Positions 35,090-49,037 of a stretch of DNA of 64,000 bases are shown in pieces. How positions within the stretch are numbered: the first letter of the stretch is position 1; each line of letters begins with the position of its first letter. The stretch is from Hydrolagus affinis (Eukaryota), in NCBI GenBank assembly GCA_012026655.1, contig JAAILG010000925.1, positions 1 to 64,000 of the forward strand. Direction: 5' to 3'. The notes under the pieces were generated by a model. The model saw nothing but the letters and a program-made list of their open reading frames with translations. It had not been told where the DNA came from and ran no database searches. The translations under genes were made by a program, and so were the position numbers.

Positions 35090-35157
35090 ATATCTATCTA
35101 TCTATCTATCTATCTCTCTATCTCTCTATCTCTCTATCTATCTAGTATATATATATA
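35090..35157. repeat. (TATC)n/(TC)n/(TA)n compound microsatellite
   Basis: Direct reading. Confidence 0.9.
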
Positions 35158-35513
35158 AAATACAGTATAATAAAAAAACACACATCCAATAGAAATATTT
35201 AGCTTGGCCACTGGCCAGGGAATGCTGGAAGAATAGACTGAATTAGGGGATTTACCTGACATGTGTTTCACATGTGTCAGTTGGAGGAGCAACCTCTCTC
35301 TATGGTCAGGTTAGGCAACAGCAAAACACAACACATACAGTTTCATTAAAATCCTTCTCCCAAACCATTTCAACACTTCAGACAATTCAGTCTCTGATTC
35401 TATTTCAAAGACAGAATCCGTGTTGAGCAGTCAATGAATACTTTTGCTACAGCGGTGACATCATACAACGAGATGCAGGTTTTAGTCCATTTTAGTGTCC
35501 ATATGTTTAACTA

Positions 35514-35890
35514 AAAACAACAACTTGCATTTATACTAGCGTCCTTCATGTGGGGTAGCGTCACCGAGCGCTTTACAGTCGCAGAGTCTGAAGCCGAGCC
35601 AGGGGGAAAGGGAGGGGGGCGCCTGATCACAGGGAAAAGTCTTTGGGGGGAAATTTGAAAGTGGGGAGGGAGGCAGTAAGGTGGAGTGATTGAGGGAGAG
35701 AGTTCCAGAGTTTCGGGGCAAAGCGGCTGATGGCACGGAGCGGAGGGGATAGGGGTCAGCAAGAGGCTGGAGCGAGCTGAGTGGAGGCAGCAGATGGTGG
35801 AGTGGGGATGGGGTATGGTTAAGCAGGTTGGATAGGTAGAGAGGTGCAAGGACATGAAGGTATTTGAAAATGAGTGAGAGAATCTTGAAA
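35514..35890 (-). mobile_element. L2 LINE 3' fragment
   Basis: VVFKILSLIFKYLHVLAPLYLSNLL in ORF 35536..35919 plus tail caacaacttgcatttata. Confidence 0.8.
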
Positions 35891-38388
35891 ACAACTTTTA
35901 AATAAATCAAACATTTCACAGCTACCCTCGGAACAGATCAATTTTAAGATTCCCCCATCCCCCTGTCATTACAGTCAAATGTCTCCTTGCCCCACCCTAT
36001 TTCTGCCAACTCCTATAATGTCCTGTCCCCCCCACATATCAATTTCATGTCCCCAATCCATCTGTCCCACCAACAGTGGGCAAGCTTTCATCCACTTCAC
36101 CCCCAGTCAGTTGGGACTCTCTTCTGAAATCCCTCTGCCTCGCTCCCTCCTTCTGTTTTCCAAATTCGCCTAAAAACTTATCTCTTTGACCATGTCTTTA
36201 GCAACCCCCGTGCTTCCCCCTCCTGACTTATCTGCCTCCCAGTTTAGCTCCCAATCCTTCAAGGTAAGGTACTCAAGATATTCTCCTTATGTGAAGGCAC
36301 TGTATAAATACAAACTGTTGTTGTAATGTGCTTTTTGTTAAAACATAAAAAACACGGCAGAATCGTGTTACTTATTTAAGGTTATTGGTGATAAACGTGT
36401 CTTATTGTTCTATCAGTTTAGTATTCAAGAGAGGACAAACCAGACCACCTTAATGAACTGCAACAAAAGGTTGGTTTTCTACAGTGCCTGATGACGTCAA
36501 AACGCCTCAAAGCGCTTTGCAACTAATTGCTGTCAAATGTAATCAAACATAGTAACTGTTTTTGTTGGCACACAGTTGAGCTCAATGCCGTGCTCACACG
36601 GGCCCTATACTCTATACCAACACTGAGTTATAATCAGGAAAGAGACTCCTGATTTCCTCAAAACCAATATTTTCAGCACATCCCGAAAAACCAGGTCGAA
36701 TGAAAGATACTGATTAAGGAATGAAGTCCAGATTTAACCCTCTCGCATTCAATGGGAGTCAGTTCGAACAAAGGGTTTGCATAGTTTATACACACCAAAA
36801 AAAAATGCATGAGGAAAAAAAATAAAGCAGCTAATCATTTTCTACCTTCCTTCCTTTACTTAACGTGACCTCCAACTTCTTTGATCACTAATCTTATAAG
36901 AGGGATCCCCGATACCATCAACGTGGCTTTGAGCAAGAGTAGTGATGAATTAAACCTATGACAGATATGACAGGTGAGTACTACTTGAAACAGGCTTATA
37001 CAGCAAGGGGAAAACAAAGCTTCCATTTAAGATTAAAGCACGAACAGGCTTCTTAAGCACCAGTTACAAAATGGGAGCTTTATTCGAGCTGCCTGAGGAA
37101 AGGCAAGCTGATACCTCAGACTCAGCTTTGTTAGAGGTCCTCATCTCATCTGCTTATGAGGTTATCGATGTGTAACAGCAACAAATTAGCCCGTACCTCT
37201 GTCACTTGGATTGTGTTTGTTCTGTAGTGCTCGGCTTTACTTAATACACACTAACAGTGGGTACAGTTTGATTTTTTTTTAAGCCACCTGTCTGTCCACC
37301 ACTGTGTTCAACTACAGTTTCTGCCACCTTCCATCTGACCACAGTTCTACATTTGACTGCTAGGTACACTTCTCTTTTCCCCTCAGTAAAGTGTGACACC
37401 ACTGTATCCCCACCCTGCCTTCTTCCTCCTGAATTCACTACAGCATCTACTCATTGCTTTCCTCCCGTGTACAATCTATTGCAGTGAACTCTATCATACC
37501 ACAGAACCCTTTACATTCATACCAACGTGAGGTCTCCTTTTCCCAAATAACCCCCATTATACGTTTGTAGTGTCCTGCTGTAAAGATGACACCACTCTAC
37601 AGTACAATCCACTGGGGTCCTGTGCGCTCAGCTAGCCTTGTAAGTTGTAACTAAGTTCTGTATGCCACTCAATAAGGCTTGAATCTTTTATAGCACGGCT
37701 TTCAGTTTGATGCTGTTCTTCCAGATGGTTGTGTTCATCCCATTGTTCATACTAGTGACTGGCTCTCTGGCACTGCCACTAACACTGCCCCATTTATACG
37801 ATAAGTTGGGGGTGAGGTGCTGCTTCGTGGCCATGCAATCTTTCCATAGGTGATCACAGAAGAAAGGGTTAATTAAAAAGACTGAATAGGATGCAAACGG
37901 ACTGGTTGCTGACTGTTTGCACATATTCAAGGTAGGATATTTGAGCAAATCAGCATTTTCATCTAATGGCCTGCATTCAAAACTGGTTTCCCCCAAATTG
38001 TGCAGCGCTGATTCCAGCCACCAAAGAATCACTCAGGTCTTTGCCAGATCTCCAGGCAGCTTCTCCATCCAGACTTCAGCCAAGAGAGCCGGCAGCTAGT
38101 TTACTTTAACAGTAGGGCCTCGTCACTATCTTTTGCAGCCAGAAAGCTGTGGAATCTGGATAATGTCCATCCTCAGCTTGGTCACTAAGAGAGCAGAGTG
38201 CAGAAAGACTGGATGGGAGTTTAAGCAAAACTGTTTACAGGACATCATCTGAACGACACAACACTTAACTTTCACCACCTGTGCCTGACATCTGAAAGGA
38301 AGCAGCTACAATTAATTACAGCGTCTTCCTATTGCCGGGACAATGCTCTTTAAATCGAAGCTTTAGCCGGGAGCCCCTCGAGCGGTCG

Positions 38389-38412
38389 GTGTGTGTGTGT
38401 GTGTGTGTGTGT
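38389..38412. repeat. (GT)n microsatellite
   Basis: Direct reading. Confidence 0.9.
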
Positions 38413-38934
38413 CCATGTTGTGAGGTCTCACCTTTGCCTTATAATTTTGCACGATCCTCATAGTGTGTCTGTTTTACATTTTAAAGCATTGTCTCAAAGA
38501 AGGCTAATAACAGTTATTCCTAATAAAATCATATTTGACCACTAGAAACAATGTAATTCAGTGTTGATGTATTTTAAAGACTCTTGCCTCTCTTGCCTTT
38601 GACTTTATGGTTGTTGAGGAAACAATGAACAAATGGCCAATCCAAAACACTTCTCTCAATTTTTCTGTTTTGAAAGGCGCCACACCAAATGAAAGGAATT
38701 TTTTTTGTCAGCATTAAGTGTGACATGCGTCATGCCCAGAGCACCAAATATCAGTGGTATATTTGACCACAAGGGGCATTATAGCCAATCTTACTCCTGC
38801 CCTCACACTAATGACTTCCAGCAGGGATCACGAATAGCAAGCCTGAATTTATAATTTTTCCTCCGCAAATACTGAGGCAAATTCTACCTCTGTCCTGACA
38901 GATATCAGTTAATATTGTGTCTCAGAGACACAGG

Positions 38935-39170
38935 ATATCTGTAAGCACGGTTGAAAAGGAAGGTTTTCAGGCGGGACTTGAAAGAGCGTAGAGGGCCAAG
39001 GTGGAGGGATTGAGGAAGTGTTCCCAGAGTGTAGTGGCTGTAAGCGCAACCTCCAATGGTGCCAGGGTGGGAATGGATTGGAACACGAGTTGGGCTAACT
39101 CGGCCCAACTGCTCTTCCCTGCCTGTAAAGCTCCAAACCACTCTGGATGATGCATCTGCCAACAGAGCCA
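38935..39170 (-). mobile_element. L2 LINE 3' fragment
   Basis: GGCAYSHYTLGTLPQSLHL...SFKSRLKTFLFNRAY, the typical L2 ORF2 end. Confidence 0.75.
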
Positions 39171-42100
39171 GTGGAGTAAGGTGGCCTTTTTTCATTAAAA
39201 TTCACTTGGAATTTATGCCACACATTTCCCAGCTTTACATTGCCAGGCTGTGGGAGCTCCCAACACTCTCACAAACCTGCGATGCATTCAACAGCTAGAA
39301 ACAGACTATATTAACTTGAGCAGGTTAACTCCACTTCTCTGTTTTGGGGACATGACCTATTTCCATTTACCAGTTAATGTCATTTAATTTGCAGGGTTAA
39401 CAGGAGCTCAGTGGAATCTCTAACCTGCAGTTTACCTTCACCCTGCCAATAAGCCAGCGCCGCAGGTCTGCAAGCAGCAGTATGTGGAGTACTGTAGACT
39501 TGCCTGGCTCAGGCACTTTACTAACAAGACCAAGGCAGAAAGCTGCTGGAATCAGATATTCTGTTGCCAAGCATGCAATCTGGGAACTATTTTGTGCCCA
39601 ACTCATAAAGTTCCCAGATAAGATGAGGAACTCACTGAGAGATAACTTTCCCCCCTACCCCTCCATATTTACAGCAATAAAATGTCACAAATTTGGCTAG
39701 AGAAAAAAAAGTGACATTGCTCAACAACATTATTTCTAAATATCTTTTCATTAAATCAATCAATCAAAATTACATTTATATAACGCCTTTCACATCGGGA
39801 GGACGTCCGAAAGCGCTAAATGAGCTACCTTTACATTCAGCAATTCCTGACTTTGAGGTATGACTTTGTTACCAATGGCCTCATGCTGACCTGAAACTAG
39901 GACAGAGCGCAGCAGCGTGGTCATAATCAGGAAGTCCTCTGGTTGTAACTGGCCTTTGAAAGACTGCAGTGCTTTAAGGAAGCGACAGCTGAGAGTTGCC
40001 AGAAGTCTGCTGCCCATCCTTGCTGCTCCTGCCTGTGTCCCTCCTTCCTTTAGGGGACCATCAATCTTCATTTGTACTCGGCAGCTGCTACTTCCTTCCC
40101 CCGAGGTTTTACTGACCCGACACAGAAAGTGATCTCCAATCTACCTCGGCCCTCCATGGCGCAAGACCCACTGCCCAGTTTATAGGCAAGGTTACTCCAA
40201 TAAATCATCATGTCCATCAATGGTGGACATGTGGTTCTTATGGATTGCAATCCTTCCTCTTTTACCCTTCTCCTACAGAAACAAATTAATCATGGATGGC
40301 CCAATGTTAACTTAATTCCTTGCCGAGATATAAATTCTCAAAATTTGAGAATATTTTCATTGCTTCTCACCCTGATAAAACATTAACCCTTTGAGCCCCA
40401 AATGTCCACGACAATTCTCCCTTACTCGCCCACAAAATACATTTTCTTTTCTATTTCCGTTTTTCCCCCACCCCTTGGTACTAACTCTCCAACAGAAATG
40501 CAGCCCTGTCTCTTCTGTCCAGTTGGATGTTAAAGATCACAGGACACTAATGAAAAAGAGACGGGGGTTTCTCCCAGTCAATAATATGCCATTATAAATA
40601 GATCACTCACCTCATGACTATGAGTGCTTTCTAGTGTAAAATGTTCACCCCCATTTATCCTCAAAAACAGTTTTTACACTTGACAGTAATGCATTTGTGT
40701 GAATAATGCTAAGATACAATAACAACAACTAGAATTTTTATAGCATCCCTGTAGGTGTTTTAAAAAAATATTCCACAGATACTGGTAAATTTGCAATTCA
40801 CCTCTTACTTTGTTACCTTTGTGCGTGAGCCTGGATGGTAATAGATCATACCAAGCTTGATCCTACCCCTACCCAATAGTCACTTGCCCACTTACCAGTA
40901 GGGGTCACTGGATAGTTATCAGGCACCTTGGCTGATTGTTCCCCTCTCAGGGTCAAAGGGCGTGGATGTCAATCGTCTTCTTCTGTCCTGATTGATCAAC
41001 TGTTTCAACACAGACCTGAGATGTGTATCTCTGTAACTGTGCTGGTGAGATCCACGTCATTTACAAAACAAAACACTATCAACATAGTTTATGAATATCC
41101 TAACTTAGACTCCCAATATCATAAATTACTTTTCTTATCATCTCCCATATCATCTCCCTAAAGCCAACACTAAAAATACACTAAATAATTATTATACAGT
41201 ACTTTCCTGTGAAGAGAATTTTTCCCTTCCTTTTGTCATTTCCTTGCTCCTTAGCTATTTGACTGTCAGGAATGTAATACAACTCATATTCTCTGTTGGA
41301 CAGCTTTCAGCCCCCCATTTATCACCGAGGAGCAGCTCTGTTAATGAAGCCTGCCATTGTATGCTGATACAGCGCACATCATTACAACACAGACGAATGT
41401 GTGACAGACATCGGTATCTATCACACAAGTCTCAAAATACTTTGATTAAATTAGGTCGGGTGGCTTGACTTGCAGGGGAAAAAACCTCTACTAAGTCTCG
41501 ATTCCAGGCTACCACCTCACAGTTGATGAAGTCACTGCCTACCTACCAAGATCAGGAAAGTCCTTAAGTCAATCATTTGATCTCAGTTTACTGATTTCAG
41601 CCTTGGTGCACTAGAGGTGTTGCAATTGTCCTTACAGGAGGCGAACAAATGACTTCGGCTTCTGATCACTAAATAGCCACTCCTACTGGAATGTTTGTGT
41701 GCGTATGCATATCATGTGTTAACCTCCTTGGTTGAACAGTTTATACACAAACAATGGGAAAATTAGCACAGAAATGGAAGACAACTGATTCCCATGGAGC
41801 ACACCAGAGCACGAATCAGTAATTTCAGGGCAACAGAGAAGAAAATTCAAGATAGCACCAGGCAGTTCAAAAATCAGAAAGTCAAGAAAAAAAATCTGTT
41901 TAAGTCTAGAAAGCTTCTATAAAATGGTACCAAATGTGTTAGTCACCCTGTATTAGTCACCCTGCTCCACCCACCCATTTACACAAACATACACGTACAT
42001 ATACACACACACATGCTTTCACACACACACCCAAACATAGCCTGCCTTCCCATATAGTTACTACAAACCTGGCCACAATGCAGGAAACCAGACTTTGCTG

Positions 42101-45049
42101 TGGTCGGAAATCTCTTTTTTTTTAAAAAACGAGCTGTATTACATCAAGTAAGAAGACAAGCATTTTGAACTTGAGATGAATTTGTTCTGAGTATGGGACA
42201 TTTGAAGAACCCGAGGTTGATACGTTTAAGAACGAGAAATGTTCAACAGGAATCTGGAAACTAGTCACTTCTGTCCTGTGGCATTTGAGGTCTTGTGCAA
42301 TTTGAGTTTTGTGGCTGTTCTCGTACATTGGGCAATGGAAATCTAAGATCAGACCCAGAGTTCAGAGGAATCTGTGCTAAATGCGTCATTTTAAATCTAC
42401 AGGTATTCTTCACCAGAATTGAAAGTGATAAAAAAAAATTCAGAAGAGTCTCTTCTATTGCACAAGAGCCCAATTCAATACCAATCCAACCATTTTATAT
42501 TAAGTCAAAAGCAAGGATTATTATAAGTCGGGTCAGACAACTTTAGCCTTGTTCAGAAGCTGCTTATTGACAAGTATCCAATTCATGCACGTTTTAAAAA
42601 GGTTGTGCTGTTTCTAGCCATACGTTTGCTCAAAGGCTGGTAATACAGAGACCTTCATTGACACACAAGATTTGCTTTGACCCCAAGAATCCCAAGAACC
42701 ACACGGACTCCCAAGCTTTCAATGTTCACCCCCTTGCGCCTCTCTCCGTGACACAATTTACATTTATATGATGCCTTTCACATTGTGAGGATGTATCAAA
42801 GTGGGCAAGCAACGTAATAGGTTGGAAAGTCTATCACTTTGGAAATCAAGTAGCTCCCCTGGATTACTGATTACAAAAGACATCTCATCACGCCCAGCTC
42901 ATGTGAACACTTAAGGACTTAAGGAAATGATTCACCAAACTCAAAACCTTCTGACTTTATAACCCAGGTTCACGTATCGAATAACCTTTAAATCTCAGCT
43001 TTATCATACCACTCTTCTTCAGCAATGTTAGCAGACTTAAAATAGCAGCACAACCAGCTCAATCTTATCAACCATTGATAAAGTCTCATAATGGTCTCTG
43101 AGCAGCTCACCATCAATACTTTTTGTTAATGCTGTAAAATAGGAATTGAATTTGGACAAATATTCTTACAACCTCCCCCAATCCACCCCCCCACCCCAAC
43201 ATACACACACACACTCAGTGCAATAAACTCAATACCCCAGACACAAACCGCTTATTCCACAGGTGCTGATTCCAGACGTTTTGGGGCAGCTTATAAGACA
43301 ACAGAATGGCAGCCATCCACAGAAAAGTCACAGCCTTTGTTAAACATGGACAATGGAAACTGCCCAAAGGCATGCCATCCTCCCCACGGCATTAAGGTTT
43401 CACAGTCTGGGTTAATGCGATTTGTAATCCTGGAGTAGTTAAGAGTTTTTGAAACACACATATTCACATGCACACACACCGCAAACTAACACAGTGGCAT
43501 CATTGCTTCAAAACAACACTACTCTGGGAGGACTGCAATTGAAGCACACATTTATTGAGGGAGGTGGAGGGGGGGTAAAAGCGTGTGTTGCAAGCTCAAA
43601 AAATAGAGTCAATGTAGGCCATGCCTTAAAGTGAAAGACTAAATAAAACATACACAACTATGGATGGGCTTTTGTTCACATTTTGGTTTTTAAAAAAAAA
43701 ATAAGTTCCTTTTCCCCCAATGAACTTATCCCTCTCCCATCCAAGCCCATCCTTCTTGGCTATTTTTGCTGCTTTCTTTTTCCAGGGGCAAGAAAGGAAC
43801 GTTATTCCAAATATTTAAAGCAGTCGCTGGAATCTCAAGCACCTGTTAGAACAACAGCCAGAAAAATAAAGGAAGCGACAGCTGACTGGTTCAGGTCACA
43901 TCCCTGAAACCCACAAGACACTTCCAAAAGCCACCTACCACAATTAGGTAAACATGGTTTCTTGCTCTGGCAGCTAGTGAAAGCTTTGTCCGTACATCCG
44001 CAATGTTGATTTCTGGCCCGGCTTGAACGAGCAGCCTAGTTTCCCCCTCTCCACCTCAAACAGTGGTCGAAGCTCATCCTATGCAAACACTGTGTGTGTC
44101 TGAGCACAGGTACATCTTAAACAGTGTTAACCATTAACCAAAAGCATGGCAATTGAATCACGTTTATCTTGTACATTTGCTAGCACATTCTCAATTTTTC
44201 ATTGATATCCCTGGATCAATATTCTTTCTTTGGGTGGAAGAAAGAGAGGGGTTTGGAGGGGGAGTAAGCAGGGTGAAGGAAAAAGCTCAAAACATTTCCA
44301 ATGAACAGTTTGAAATATATCATCAAAGCATTGAAGCAAAGAAAAATCTGATTTATCTCTGGATAACTGAATTCCTGAGGTACATGCAAAGAACCTTCAT
44401 ACAGAGACTACATGGAATCTATCAGCAGCCAGATCGCTTTACATTTTCTGCTCTGTGGTATCACAAGCGCACAATTCCAACAAGCAGGTTTGATTTTCAC
44501 AAGGTGTTTACCAAAGTAAGGCTTTGAAGATCTCACTGCAGAAGAGAGACTTCAGAATAAGTCCCTACTTTATTGCCACTCTATCAGCTGAACCAATACA
44601 GGCTATTTAAATCATTTACAAAGTGGATCTGCTTAGAAACCATGCAAAAAAAAGCCAACTCCACAAAAGTGCTGAACTTTATCTAGTTTTGCAACTTTAA
44701 AAAATGTCTCATTACCTCGCAATTGTAAATATTTTACAGCAAGAGATTTTATGGCAGTAAGCGCGGCTCCAATGCAGTTTATTTTATATGGTTACTAACT
44801 GAACATTTATCCCAATTAAAACAAGATACTCCACAGGCTCACACTTTTTTTTACTATTTCTGAAAAGAGGTCCATTCTGCATATAAATCAACATTAATAC
44901 AATCAACATTTTAACGTGGCATTTTTATGTAATTTAGTCTTTATAGAATTGGTAAGCCTTTCCTTACTGCCAATCTGCAGTCTCTTTCTCTGCGACCCAT
45001 TGACATGCACATAAATGTGCATCCACGCACGCACACACACCATGCTTCG

Positions 45050-45275
45050 AATGAGACATTAAACTTGCCTGTTCAGGTGGATGTTAAAGATCCCATGGCA
45101 CTATTCGAAAAGAAGTGCGTTTCTCTCAATGTCCTAGCCAACAAACCCCCAAATAAAATTGATAATTCGCTTGCACACAGCGATGTATGTGGGACATTAC
45201 TGTGTTTAAATTGATGCCATGTTTGCCCATAAAATACAGTCTAGCATCAACTGTGAAATGCTGGTGCAATACCAA
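45050..45275 (+). mobile_element. Old Deu-domain SINE fragment
   Basis: GAGACATTAAAC...CAGGTGGATGTTAAAGATCCCATGGCACTATTCGAAAAGAAG...GTCCTAGCCAAC; related copies near 40500-40700 (+), 50380-50590 (-) and 58860-59070 (-). Confidence 0.7.
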
Positions 45276-48200
45276 ATGTTCGGATTATTATCATTGTTTT
45301 ATGCAAAATTGCAACTCATATGCACACACAGATCCACATGCACAAACACATGCATAATCATAAAACAAGCAGCCAGGTTAAACACTGTGTTATCAGGAAA
45401 AGTATCTGAATGTGAACGTACACACACGCATGTACAGCTTCAAAAGTTTTCAAAAGGCTCCTTCCTGATTACTGAGCAGGTAATGTGGCCTTATTCAGTC
45501 CTGAAGAGACATTCAGGGTTTTAAACCTAAATTGCTTCACATTTTATGGTCTGCGCACTTTTACTGACCTTCAGCTTGCAGTCTCCCCTGATGAACTGGG
45601 CTGTTTCATGTAATTTAGTGGGTGTCTGTACTTGAAAGCTGTGGTTGCCTTTACTTTTTTTTAAAAAACCAGCGCAGTGGTCACTCACAGCTTTACCACA
45701 TAAATGTTGACTCACAGCTCTTGTCAGACAACAAAATCATTGGGAGGAGGTCACGTGGGCTGCCCTTCGTCTCTCTCTCTCTCTCTCTCCCTCCTTTACC
45801 CTCCCCACCCTGAAAAAAATCTGCTGCGGTCACTGTTGATGAGGAGCATAGTTCATCAGGAGCTGAGAAATATTTAATCTGTATCCCACCCGTCAAAGCT
45901 GTCAAAGGGGTCAGAGGCTTCTTCCCTCAGAGTAATCATACTCCGGTATTTACTGCTACCTGGGACTGCAAGGTGGATGGGACTAAGGGCAGACCTGCCT
46001 CGTGACAGACTGTACACCACTATCTTACCCCGCGCCTACCCTCTCCCTCCCTCCCCCCCACCCCCCAATAGAGTGCATCCCAGTAGTAGTGAAAGACATA
46101 ACAAGAGAAGGCTTTGATCACCTTGGTGCCCATCCTGCTCTCAGCTAACAGCAGACAACACCTTCTCAGCCAGCTCCAGCTCCTCATCCCGGGGGCTGCA
46201 TGTCACTTAATCCATTTGATCTGACAGTTTCTAATTTGTTTAATAAGACAATCTCCGAACGGGTTTCCAAGCGGCAGCCGAGAGGGTCCCGTCGACAAAC
46301 ACAACTGACCACAGGGAGAAACGCGCCAATGTGAAAGTTTCACAGTTCCTAACTGACCTTCAGTCTCACTGTAGCCCTTCATTATGCACCCGCTGAGCAC
46401 TTTGTAAGGCACAAAACGGCCAATACAGAGCCTGTCAACGGATGGCAAGATGAATTACAGGTCGCTGCCACAAATGGCTTCCGTACAAGGCTATCCCTGA
46501 TTAAATTCTCTGGACAAGACAGCGATTTTGGCACATATCATTTTTTTCATTCTTCCACATTAATATGGGACAGGGAGAAAAAGAGTGGGGGAGGGGAGGA
46601 AAGAAAGGAATAGCAAGAGTACCTCTTATGACCAATGCTCTTTAATCTGAGTCTCTGCCGCTCCCACCCCATCGCTGCACACTGCCTGCAAACACCAGGA
46701 GTGTTTGATAATATGTAAATGATACATCTCTCTCTAGCCTAGAAACATGTCAATCATCATCGGCATCCTGAGAAGTGGAAATTCTAAAATTATCATATAA
46801 AATGATAATCTTTGCGTAGCTGCAGAATACATTTAAACTTAAGAGCTCTCCCCCACCCCTTCCCCCATTTATAATCATTAGGTGAGGACAACTGGACTTT
46901 CCTTTACCAACACAGAAGGGATTAATTTTAACAATAACAACAACTTACATTTATTTTGCTTCCTCCATGGCAGACGGCGTCCCAGAGAGTTTAAAACAAC
47001 ACTTGCATTTATATAATGCCTTTCAAGCAAGAGAGCATCTTGGAGCAGTCAATCCACATCATACAGGGCAACAATTTAAGATTGTTAGCAAGGGGGCAAA
47101 AGGGGGAGACAAGAAGGATTTTTACATTTATTTTTATTGACAAAGAAAGTTGTTAGGTAGGGAATGCCCTGTCTAGGAGCCATGGTCAAGCCGGAATCCA
47201 TATTAGCTTTTAGGAGAGGAGGATATGGCAGAGACACAAGCAAAAGGGGACTGAATGGATCACTCTTTATTGATAAGTTATATATGATGCTGTATATTTC
47301 TGTGGCTCTAAATCATCCTGTTCTCACTTTCCTCATGGACCAACACAAGTCACACTTACATATGAGCAAATACATCAACAACAAAATTACACCCATATAG
47401 CTCCTAATACAGAAACCAATTAGAAAAATTAAATGTAAAAGTAAAGAGAAAAAAAAATGGGGTGGGTGGGGGCTCTAGCTGGCTTAACATCTCACAGCGC
47501 AATGCACTTCCAGTTACAGAAAAGTCCTGAGTTACATGACTTGGGATTGCTTATTAAGGATTGTGGTAAGAAATATGGCAGAGATCATTCCCTGCAGTGT
47601 AAGAAATTATCTCTGTTCTTCACCTGCTGCCAGTGAGACTGAGCACCACAATTGTGGAAGCAAATTGCTATATCGCACATCATATATAATAATAGTTCAT
47701 AGATATATATATGACGAGGAGGAACTTACTGTTGAGAAGTGCTCCGAGTGCGGTATTGCTGCTTGCATTCACCTTTTCTTTTAGCCACAGAGCCGCACTT
47801 TGTTAAGTGAATAATTGATAATTAAGGCGCTAACAGACAGAGAGCGTTCCTGCTCTGATCTACCTGTCAGCACCCTCTGCCCTCTTTATCATGAGAAATC
47901 AGAGCACCATCCAACAGGCCATTTTCAAGCAGGATACTTTCAAGCCTCTCCAACCTTTTTATTAAGACCTTTATATGTGAACTTGCTCTGCCACCTTCCA
48001 TTTTTCAACGAAACCTTCTTGTGAGCGACTGACAAACAGCCCAGAGAGTTGGAAATTGCATGGCTCATTTTTTGTCATTAGACCATAAAGCTTGGTTCAC
48101 TTCAAATTAATACCTCCAAAAGCTGAAGACAATAGGTTGCTTTTAAGCCTCACAGTTAAAGATAAGGAAGCTTTAACAGATAGTAATCTGCGTATTTAGG

Positions 48201-48882
48201 TGGATTTTAAACATTTAACTTCTTATTTGTTTCTTCCTTGCTACTCTTGGCCCAATCAATTATTCATCTCTGAAGGCTCAGGTAATGCCTTTGGCATACA
48301 GGTCACTCCAGGAGAGGATTTTACAATCAATCCTCTTCTTGGTAAATGAAAATGTTCCTTAATGACCATTAGAGAAATAGGTTAAACACTGCCTCTAAGT
48401 AGCTAAGCAGCAACAGCAGGATTAAGCCAAGAATCACTGTTACAACATGAATATATTAAACACACACAAGCGCATTTGCAGCATATCCGATTATATAGAG
48501 ATAAGTATTTTGCCACATTTAATAATCCAAAAGCAACACCCGACTGCAACACTTGCGACGCCCAATTGAATTGAAATAAATCATCACAAATTTACAGGTT
48601 ACAGCTCCATCAGCTCTCTATATCTAATGCATTACTTGGTGTGCACTTGTATAGTCATATAGACTAGGAAAGTTCACTGGTTCAACTCCTGATCTGAACT
48701 CAGTTAGCTGATCTCAACCAGATGGTGCTGAATAAATTTCATTATAAATAAATCTTTACATTTGATCATGTCTGTTGCTACACGAGGATGCCAAAGTACT
48801 TCATATATAGTTACGATAAAGTGTATCAAATGTATTTTGTAGGCATTTTGTGCACAGCAATATCCCACAAATTAGTATGAAG

Positions 48883-48937
48883 TAGGGTCCGTCGATATGG
48901 CAATTTTCCGATTTAGATATATCGATGGGCTCACAGA
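48883..48937 (+). mobile_element. Left terminus of the same hAT-like family, running into the assembly gap
   Basis: TAGGGTCCGTCGATATGGCAATTTTCCGATTTAGATATATCGATGGG aligns with the reverse complement of about 282-331 (roughly 85% by eye). Confidence 0.55.
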
Positions 48938-49037
48938 NNNNNNNNNNNNNNNNNNNNNNNNNNNNNNNNNNNNNNNNNNNNNNNNNNNNNNNNNNNNNNN
49001 NNNNNNNNNNNNNNNNNNNNNNNNNNNNNNNNNNNNN
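48938..49037. other. Assembly gap (100 N)
   Basis: Run of exactly 100 n, a typical placeholder of unknown size. Confidence 0.99.

Noticed and set aside
37688-38032. 114-aa minus-strand ORF upstream of prdm1
   Set aside because: No recognisable domain or splice context; length compatible with chance. BLASTP would settle it.
282-48937. Inverted transposon termini bracketing prdm1 as one giant element
   Set aside because: Each terminus has its element body pointing away from the gene, so these are two independent insertions.
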